From the NCBI GenBank assembly GCA_022763105.1, contig JALEGK010000020.1, forward strand, positions 492-64,491: DNA of 64,000 nucleotides, read 5' to 3'. Position 1 is the first letter of the stretch. Every line of letters begins with the position of its first letter. Shown here one piece after another: positions 56,433 through 64,000 of the stretch. The position numbers and the translations under genes were made by a program. The DNA is from Rickettsiales bacterium. Lineage in GTDB: Bacteria; Pseudomonadota; Alphaproteobacteria; Rickettsiales; UBA3002. The notes under the pieces are model-generated. The model ran no database searches. It was not told where the DNA came from and was given only the letters and a program-made list of their open reading frames with translations.

Positions 56433-57158
56433 ATGCTGAAGCTGATTGCTGGACTCCTTCTTTTTGTCGCGACGCAGACTGCCTTTTGGCATGAGACGAA
56501 TCGTATTTATCCAGACATGTCGGTGGTTCCCGACGTGCCGGGCCGACAAGCAATAGAAGCCATCTCGTTTGGTGATGCACAAAGCCTATTTCGTTTTTAC
56601 GGTCTGACCATTCAGAATGCTGGTGACACGTTTGGACGCTTCACGTCATTGCGCGACTATGACTATAACAAACTATATCACTGGTTTGGTTTGTTAGATG
56701 TGATGGATAAGGAGTCTGACTTCACACCGACGATGGCGAGTTACTATTTTGGTAACACGCCTAAAGTAGAGGATTTACAATATATTGTTGATTATTTGCT
56801 AGAGCATGTTGATGGGCGCGTGCAGCAGAAATGGTGGTGGGTGACACAGGCTGTGTATCTGAGTAATCATCGGCTAGAAGATAAGGAGCAGGCACTCAAA
56901 ATCGCCAATATGCTTCAGAACCAGCCGGGTATTCCATTTTGGGCGCAGCAAATGCCCGCCTTTATTTATGAGCAGCAGGGTGAATTTGAAATGGCAGCCA
57001 AGATCATTGATAATATCTTGCAGGAAGCCGAATCGATTCCTCCGCATGAATTACGCTTTATGGAGTATTTTGTGCAAGAACGCTTGAGTGCGCTTGATGA
57101 AGTGGTTAAAAAAAGCGCAGGCGAAAATGACGAATCACGTAAGCCAGAAGCACCATAA
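56433..57158 (+). CDS. Hypothetical exported protein (helical, TPR-like C-terminal half by eye)
   Basis: 241 aa. N-terminal hydrophobic signal/anchor MLKLIAGLLLFVATQTA. 11-nt gap from the upstream gene. Confidence 0.5.
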   Translation: MLKLIAGLLLFVATQTAFWHETNRIYPDMSVVPDVPGRQAIEAISFGDAQSLFRFYGLTIQNAGDTFGRFTSLRDYDYNKLYHWFGLLDVMDKESDFTPTMASYYFGNTPKVEDLQYIVDYLLEHVDGRVQQKWWWVTQAVYLSNHRLEDKEQALKIANMLQNQPGIPFWAQQMPAFIYEQQGEFEMAAKIIDNILQEAESIPPHELRFMEYFVQERLSALDEVVKKSAGENDESRKPEAP

Positions 57159-57164
57159 GGAATT

Positions 57165-58229
57165 GTGATGGAATTAACGGTCAGCTTACATCAAGCGATA
57201 CAATTGGTAGGGTTGCTGCCTTGTGTATTCATGATGGTATTGCTGGTTATCTTAACTGACTCCTACCAGAAGATCGTGATTGCGCTGGTGTATTTTCTAT
57301 GTCTTTGCGCATTCTTCATCGAACCGCTATTGCCGCTTATCGGCATGGCGACGTATCCGTTGCCTATCGCCATCCAGTGGTTGCAAACAGCGTATACGGC
57401 ATTCTGTTTTTTGTTGGTGGTACAGTTTTATCATTCGCGATTGCCTAAGGGGCGTGAATGGTTGATATGTTTTATCCCGCTATTTTTAGGTTCTATGGTG
57501 ACGCATGCGCAATTTGGTGCGGATGATTTTTGCCTGCCAACTGAATGGTGTTTCCCTAAAGAATCACTCCTGATGCTCTACCATATCTTTATTGGTGGCG
57601 GGGTCTTCTTACTTATCATGCTTTATCTGCTGCGCGGTTCGCTTAACCCGTTGTCAGGAGATTTGCAGCGCCGCCATAAATACTGGCTGATAATGGCGCT
57701 AACGTTTTTGAATGTCTTGCTGCTAGGCATTCGCTTGCTCATGTTCACCGATCATATTTCGATGAATGAAGGTGAGCTTGCAATCAGTGTCTTGCGCGTA
57801 TCATTCATTTACTTGGTGATGACATCACTGTTCCGTGTCTTCGATCAGTCGCAGCCATTTGGCGTGAAGCAGGCGCTTCGTAAGCAAAGCATTGATGCTG
57901 ACCTAATTGATAAGATTGAATCTGCAATGCGTGATAAACATATGTATCGCGAGCTTGGTATTAACCGCGAATCGTTGGCGCAGCATGTCGGTGTGAATGA
58001 GCAGGCGCTATCGAAAGCGCTCAATGGTCATTTTCAGAAGAGCTTTAATGAATATGTGAATCGTTACCGTATTGAGGAAGCGAAAGAGCGCCTGCTGAAT
58101 GAAAAGACAGCCGTGACGGTGATAGCGTTTGAAGTTGGCTTTAATAGTATTGCGTCGTTCAATCGCGTGTTCCGCGCAATGGTTGGCACGTCACCAACCG
58201 AATATAGACAAGACCAGAAGCCCGCTTAG
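57165..58229 (+). CDS. Membrane-embedded AraC-family transcriptional regulator
   Basis: 354 aa. About 230 aa of polytopic membrane domain are followed by an AraC HTH (ALSKALNGHFQKSFNEYVNRYRIEEAK...EVGFNSIASFNRVFRAMVGTSPTEYR). Confidence 0.8.
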   Translation: MMELTVSLHQAIQLVGLLPCVFMMVLLVILTDSYQKIVIALVYFLCLCAFFIEPLLPLIGMATYPLPIAIQWLQTAYTAFCFLLVVQFYHSRLPKGREWLICFIPLFLGSMVTHAQFGADDFCLPTEWCFPKESLLMLYHIFIGGGVFLLIMLYLLRGSLNPLSGDLQRRHKYWLIMALTFLNVLLLGIRLLMFTDHISMNEGELAISVLRVSFIYLVMTSLFRVFDQSQPFGVKQALRKQSIDADLIDKIESAMRDKHMYRELGINRESLAQHVGVNEQALSKALNGHFQKSFNEYVNRYRIEEAKERLLNEKTAVTVIAFEVGFNSIASFNRVFRAMVGTSPTEYRQDQKPA

Positions 58230-59044
58230 TCTTTTACTTCAAAGCAATGTTCTTCGGCTGGGAAACTACCATCGCGAACGTCGCTGGCATATTGCTTTAC
58301 GGCCTTATTGATGGTCTTGCGAATGCTCGCATATTCTTTGACAAAGCGTGGCGTGCTTTCAAATAGACCCAGCATATCTTCGGTTACCAATACCTGACCA
58401 TCACAAGCAGGCGATGCGCCAATACCGATCGTTGGAATGGCGACCTTCTTGGTGATCGTAGCAGAGACTGATTCGGATGTGCCTTCGATGAGAAGTGCAA
58501 ATGCTCCGGCATCTTGGAAAGCGAGGGCCTCTTTGAGCATCAATTTTGCTGCGTCATCGGTTTTGCCTTGGTATTTGTAGCCGCCCATTTGCTGAACATG
58601 CTGAGGCTTTAGGCCGATATGTGCCATTACAGGAATGCCGCGTGCGCATAAATAATCGACGGTTTCAACCATCTCCATGCCGCCTTCTAGCTTTACGCAT
58701 TGGGCGTTTGTCTCTTGCAAGATATGTGCAGCATTTTCAAAAGCTGCCTCTTTGCTCTGTTGGTAGCTGCCAAAGGGCATATCGATGAGGATACAGGCAT
58801 GTTGGGTTGCGTTTACGACTGCTTTACCGTGATCGATCATCATCTCTAAGCGAACGGGTAAGGTGCTTTCCATGCCGTAGCAGACCATGCCGAGCGAATC
58901 GCCCATGGTGATGAAATCAACATGTTGATCAATCAGTGCAGCCATAGGTGCAGAGTAGGCGGTGAGTGAGACGATCTTTTCCTTGCCCTTCATCGCTTTG
59001 AGTTTTGTGATGCTAGTCCGCTGCGTGTGCTTTGACTTAGACAT
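58226..59044 (-). CDS. panB: 3-methyl-2-oxobutanoate hydroxymethyltransferase
   Basis: 272 aa. MGDSLGMV, KLEGG. Confidence 0.92.
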   Translation of the reverse strand: MSKSKHTQRTSITKLKAMKGKEKIVSLTAYSAPMAALIDQHVDFITMGDSLGMVCYGMESTLPVRLEMMIDHGKAVVNATQHACILIDMPFGSYQQSKEAAFENAAHILQETNAQCVKLEGGMEMVETVDYLCARGIPVMAHIGLKPQHVQQMGGYKYQGKTDDAAKLMLKEALAFQDAGAFALLIEGTSESVSATITKKVAIPTIGIGASPACDGQVLVTEDMLGLFESTPRFVKEYASIRKTINKAVKQYASDVRDGSFPAEEHCFEVKD

Positions 59045-59062
59045 GCCGAGATTCCTTATGCT

Positions 59063-60460
59063 TTAGGCGCTTTGTGTGATTACAAGCTCTGAGGCTTGCG
59101 GGAAGGTGAGGGTGATAGTGGTGCCGACATTGACTTCACTATCCAGCTCAAAACTACCACCCATAATTTCAACAAACTTCTTAGAAAGCGGTAGGCCCAG
59201 ACCGGTGCCTTCATATTTGCGAGATAGTTTGCTATCGACCTGACCGAACGGTGTCATGACCGTTGCAATGTCTTTTGCGGCAATACCAATGCCGGTATCT
59301 TCGACTCGTATGCAGATCTCGTCGCGGTCTGCGGGCTGCCATGCGGAGACTTTGACCTCACCGCCGGGTGGCGTGAATTTCACGGCATTCGATAGCAGGT
59401 TGAGCAGTACCTGCTTAAATTTCTTCGCATCAATCGTGCCGATGATATGGTCTTTAGGCAGTCCTTTGATAAGGGTGACCTGAGCCGCTTCTGCGCGCGG
59501 GATGACCAAGCGCATGCTGTTGACGATCAGCTTGGTGATATCGGTTTCCACCATTTCAACTTCAAGCTTACCGGCTTCCGCTTTTGAGTAATCAAGGATG
59601 TCGTTGATGAGCGATAGCAGGTGGACGCCGGAGTTATGGATGTCTTCCATATATTCGGCGTGAGTTTCGTTTAATTGCTGCATGGCTTCTTTGCGAATGA
59701 TCTCAGAAAACCCAATGATCGCATTGAGCGGTGTGCGCAATTCGTGGCTAATATTTGCCAGGAAGAGAGATTTTTCACGGTTCTCTGCTTCTGCACTTGC
59801 GGCGGCTGCGGTTAGCTGAAGATTGACCTCATGCTGTTTCGCAATGATTTGTTCTGCGCGATGGCTGATGATCATCAGAATAATGATCAAGCCAATAAAT
59901 AATATAGCGATAGATAGTGTGATGACCCATTGAATGGTCCTCATCTCTTCTACGGATTTAGTAGTGTTGGAGGCAATCTCAATAAACCCTTTGCCTGGAA
60001 TATGAATCATGCTGATGACGATATGCATATGCTCATCTGTATTGGCACCGGCAATATCTGTGTCGGTTATCAGTTTGGATTCGATCCCCTTTTCAACCTG
60101 AAAATCTTTAACACGGTCTGAGATGAGCATGTGCTGGCGGTCAAACACTTCTCGGTTTTTGTGCGAGAATACGTGCTGCTTTTCATCATCATAAATAGAG
60201 AATTGGATAATCGACGAGTAGGCGATGAAATGACGGGAATCCTCTTTAAAGGCATCCATCTCTTCTGGCGTGGCGGTTAGCTTGTCAAAATCTTTCCAGA
60301 CGCTCGAATCATAGCTGTTAGCGATGGCGTGATGGTGCTGTTTGACGATGTATTTGATGTCTTCAATGCTCATCGTATAGACCCAATAGCCTACGCCATA
60401 GGCCGCAAGTACGACGATAAATATGCTGGCAAAATAAAAATAGCGCAGATACGTGAACAT
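59063..60460 (-). CDS. Sensor histidine kinase (two TM helices, periplasmic domain, HisKA + HATPase_c); no adjacent response regulator
   Basis: 465 aa. H-box SHELRTPLNAI, N-box LLNLLSNAVKF, G1 DTGIGI, and G2 GTGLGL. Confidence 0.88.
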   Translation of the reverse strand: MFTYLRYFYFASIFIVVLAAYGVGYWVYTMSIEDIKYIVKQHHHAIANSYDSSVWKDFDKLTATPEEMDAFKEDSRHFIAYSSIIQFSIYDDEKQHVFSHKNREVFDRQHMLISDRVKDFQVEKGIESKLITDTDIAGANTDEHMHIVISMIHIPGKGFIEIASNTTKSVEEMRTIQWVITLSIAILFIGLIIILMIISHRAEQIIAKQHEVNLQLTAAAASAEAENREKSLFLANISHELRTPLNAIIGFSEIIRKEAMQQLNETHAEYMEDIHNSGVHLLSLINDILDYSKAEAGKLEVEMVETDITKLIVNSMRLVIPRAEAAQVTLIKGLPKDHIIGTIDAKKFKQVLLNLLSNAVKFTPPGGEVKVSAWQPADRDEICIRVEDTGIGIAAKDIATVMTPFGQVDSKLSRKYEGTGLGLPLSKKFVEIMGGSFELDSEVNVGTTITLTFPQASELVITQSA

Positions 60461-60624
60461 AGGCTATTCATAACGGATTAAGGCTTCGATGACACCTGAA
60501 TTATCGGCATTAAACCCCGATTTATGTCTTTTTTTGGTAGATGCGCCAAAAAGATGTCGATGAGTGATTGACTTGGAGCCATGTGCTCGTTATATTCCCC
60601 CCTCTTTTTGGAAAGGAAAGAACT

Positions 60625-60759
60625 GTGAAACGTACATTTCAGCCAAGTAATCTGGTGCGCAAGCGTCGCCATGGATTCCGCTCTCGTATGGCTACCGTTG
60701 GTGGTCGTAAAGTGCTTGCTGCTCGTCGTGCTAAGGGACGTAAGCGTCTGAGCGCCTAA
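60625..60759 (+). CDS. rpmH: 50S ribosomal protein L34
   Basis: GTG 60625 gives the 44-aa [44 protein letters not shown]. The track ORF 60568.. is an upstream extension. Confidence 0.93.
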   Translation: MKRTFQPSNLVRKRRHGFRSRMATVGGRKVLAARRAKGRKRLSA

Positions 60760-60768
60760 GCGTTTTGC

Positions 60769-61137
60769 GTGTCAAAACTGCGAATAGACCGGATCATTAA
60801 GCGATCTGACTTTGTCAGAGCGGCCCGTAATGGTGCGAGTTTTCGTACACGTAGTTTGGTTTTACAAGTCTTCCATCCATCTCCACAAGATGCTGAATTA
60901 TCTGGCGATATATTATGTTGCCGTGCTGGCTTTACCGTGACTAAAAAAGTGGGTAATGCGGTGGTGCGCAACCGTATTAAACGCCGTTTTCGTGCATTAG
61001 CCGCAGATATGTTGCCTGAATTGGGCCGAAATGGCTCAGATTATGTGCTAATTGGCAGAAAAGCAGCACTTACCACCCCTTATGATGAGCTTAAAGTAGA
61101 GTTTATGCGCGCTATACAAGAGGTGCATGCCTCATGA
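60769..61137 (+). CDS. rnpA: Ribonuclease P protein component
   Basis: 122 aa, GTG start. GFTVTKKVGNAVVRNRIKRRFR (RNR motif). Confidence 0.9.
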   Translation: MSKLRIDRIIKRSDFVRAARNGASFRTRSLVLQVFHPSPQDAELSGDILCCRAGFTVTKKVGNAVVRNRIKRRFRALAADMLPELGRNGSDYVLIGRKAALTTPYDELKVEFMRAIQEVHAS

Positions 61138-61376
61138 GTAAGCTATTAATTGGGCTGGTTAAGCTCTATCAGTGGGTGATTTCGCCGTGGTTTGCCAATG
61201 TGTGCCGGTTTCAGCCATCTTGTTCGCGCTATGCGATTGAAGCACTGCGCCTTCATGGGGCGTGGCGTGGCAGTTATCTAGCGATGAGGCGCATTTTATC
61301 GTGCCATCCGTGGGGAAGCTGTGGTATAGACCCAGTGCCGATGCCTAAGGCGTCTGAAATAAAGTCAAAAGATTAA
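61134..61376 (+). CDS. yidD: Membrane protein insertion efficiency factor YidD
   Basis: 80 aa. YQWVISP...CRFQPSCSRYA. Confidence 0.9.
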   Translation: MSKLLIGLVKLYQWVISPWFANVCRFQPSCSRYAIEALRLHGAWRGSYLAMRRILSCHPWGSCGIDPVPMPKASEIKSKD

Positions 61377-61385
61377 GGAATTACC

Positions 61386-63122
61386 ATGCATCAAGGCCAA
61401 CAAAATGCACCCGATATTCGCAATTTGATTTTAGCGGTTGTGCTATCCACGCTGATATTGCTGGGCTGGCAATGGTGGGTGGAAGAGCCTAAGCGCCAAG
61501 CGGCGATGGAGCAGGCTGCTCAAGAGCAGCCAGTGAGTGAAACCGTGCTGCCGGATACGACGGCTGAAGCGTTAGGTCTGGCTGATGCGAGTGCCATGGG
61601 AGAATCTCGCGAGAGCCGTATTGCATCGTCTGCGCGTGTCACCATTGATTCTCCTCGACTGCATGGGTCTATCAACCTTCAGGGCATGCGTATTGATGAT
61701 GTGACGCTCGCGAATTACCGTGAAAGCGTTGAAGAAGATTCGGATGAGGTGGTGTTACTCTCTCCGGCAAATGGCAAAGATGCGTATTTTGCAGAATTTG
61801 GTTGGTTGCCATCGGGTGATGTGAAAACCCCGACATCAAAGACTAATTGGAAGTCGACATCATCAAGCCTGACACCCGATACGCCATTGCAAGCCAATTG
61901 GACGAATGGTCAGGGCGTGCGTTTTGAAAAGACGGTATCGCTTGATAAGAATTACATGTTCTCTGTGCGCCAGAAAATTGAAAATAATTCCGGCAAAGCG
62001 ATTACAGTCTTTCCATATGGTTTGATTAGTCGCAGTTACGAAGATACGGGCGATCACTACTATATTCTGCATGAAGGGCCGCTGGGTGTGTTTAACCAGC
62101 AGCTGGAAGAGTTGGGCTACGAAGATTTACGCGACGATGAAAAGGCAAGCTATCAGAGTAAAGATGGTTGGTTGGGCATTACCGATAAATACTGGCTGAG
62201 CGCGATTGTGCCTTCTGGACAAGACGGCTTTAAGGCTAACTTTCAGTATTTCACGCGCAATGGTGCGGATAAATACCAGACCGACTATTTAGGCCAAGCG
62301 ATCACCATTCAGCCGGGCGAAAGTAAGTCTGTTACTAATTACTTCTTTGCTGGTGCGAAAGAAGTGTCGTTGCTTGATCACTACGCACAGAATTTAGAGA
62401 TTCCATTGTTCGACCGTGCGGTTGATTTTGGCATGCTGTATTTTCTGACAAAGCCGATTTTCCATGCGCTTGATTACTTCCATAATTTGTTGGGTAATTT
62501 CGGTTTGGCGATCATGTTGCTGACGGTTTGTATCAAGATTGTGCTCTTTCCATTGGCGAATAAATCCTATCGCTCGATGAGTCAGATGAAGGTTCATATG
62601 CCTAAGATTCAGGAGATTCGCGAACGCTATGCAGATGATCGTGTGCGCATGAATCAGGAGATGATGGAGTTTTACAAACGCGAGAAAGTGAATCCGGCTT
62701 CGGGTTGTTTGCCAATGCTACTACAAATTCCGATTTTCTTCGCACTGTATAAAGTGCTGTTTGTTACGATCGAGATGCGCCATGCGCCATTTTATGGTTG
62801 GATTGAAGATCTTTCTGCATCTGATCCGACCAATATATTTACCCTGTTTGGCTTGGTGCCGTGGGAAGCACCGCAGCTCTTCCATATTGGTGCATGGCCG
62901 TTGATTATGTGCGTGACGATGATTTTGCAGCAGCGTCTAAATCCTAAGCCAACCGATCCGATGCAAGCAGCGATTATGAACTGGCTGCCATTCATCTTCC
63001 TTGTGTTCTTTGCAGGATTCCCTGCTGGTCTGGTGATCTACTGGGCATGGAACAACTTGCTGTCGATCACGCAGCAATGGGTCATCACACGCGAGACGCG
63101 TGCGCAAATGAAGGCGGCGTAA
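61386..63122 (+). CDS. yidC: Membrane protein insertase YidC
   Basis: 578 aa. Large periplasmic P1 domain and C-terminal 60-kDa insertase core (GCLPMLLQIPIFFALY). Confidence 0.93.
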   Translation: MHQGQQNAPDIRNLILAVVLSTLILLGWQWWVEEPKRQAAMEQAAQEQPVSETVLPDTTAEALGLADASAMGESRESRIASSARVTIDSPRLHGSINLQGMRIDDVTLANYRESVEEDSDEVVLLSPANGKDAYFAEFGWLPSGDVKTPTSKTNWKSTSSSLTPDTPLQANWTNGQGVRFEKTVSLDKNYMFSVRQKIENNSGKAITVFPYGLISRSYEDTGDHYYILHEGPLGVFNQQLEELGYEDLRDDEKASYQSKDGWLGITDKYWLSAIVPSGQDGFKANFQYFTRNGADKYQTDYLGQAITIQPGESKSVTNYFFAGAKEVSLLDHYAQNLEIPLFDRAVDFGMLYFLTKPIFHALDYFHNLLGNFGLAIMLLTVCIKIVLFPLANKSYRSMSQMKVHMPKIQEIRERYADDRVRMNQEMMEFYKREKVNPASGCLPMLLQIPIFFALYKVLFVTIEMRHAPFYGWIEDLSASDPTNIFTLFGLVPWEAPQLFHIGAWPLIMCVTMILQQRLNPKPTDPMQAAIMNWLPFIFLVFFAGFPAGLVIYWAWNNLLSITQQWVITRETRAQMKAA

Positions 63123-63128
63123 CTTGCG

Positions 63129-64000
<872 letters not shown>

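Overview
This 64-kb chromosomal segment reads like an alphaproteobacterium. The inference rests on gene order: lptF-lptG / lptD-surA-rsmA, nrdR-ribD-ribE-ribBA-ribH-nusB-thiL, and rpmH-rnpA-yidD-yidC-engB-argB. GC is roughly 47-50% by hand counts on sampled lines. Most of the window is housekeeping: formaldehyde detoxification (adhC-fghA), malate synthase, LPS transport, riboflavin, glyA, and Cu-chaperones (SCO1/PCuAC).

The accessory part lies at about 11.9-23.9 kb, with sampled lines near 42% GC. It contains:
- two orphan genes of unknown function (12329-14711);
- a 14-bp remnant of a tRNA-derived att site plus about 100 bp of relic sequence;
- an island of about 9 kb inserted in tRNA-Arg(TCT) and bounded by a perfect 47-bp direct repeat.

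The island carries a P4-type integrase, an AlpA-like Xis/regulator and a split Toprim-DUF927 primase-helicase. It also has a dyad-symmetric array of TGTTC iterons (putative ori) and paired GGGCACG motifs on both arms. A second XerC/D-like recombinase with an HTH partner is present as well.

The cargo includes a translationally coupled pair at 20508-21838: a 2-TM protein with a GAF-like soluble domain, followed by a Panacea/DUF4065-like protein. I regard this pair as the best candidate for an undescribed toxin-antitoxin or abortive-infection-type system.

Other notable items are a 2169-aa RTX-type repeat protein with no adjacent T1SS, and an orphan lipoprotein-secretin operon (prepilin peptidase, secretin, ABC-2-like permease without ATPase, periplasmic protein, membrane-embedded AraC regulator). 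A PagL-like lipid A deacylase is translationally coupled to a signal-peptide-bearing C26 amidotransferase.

I found no rRNA, CRISPR array or transposase/IS element. All family assignments are by eye from motifs; no database search was run.
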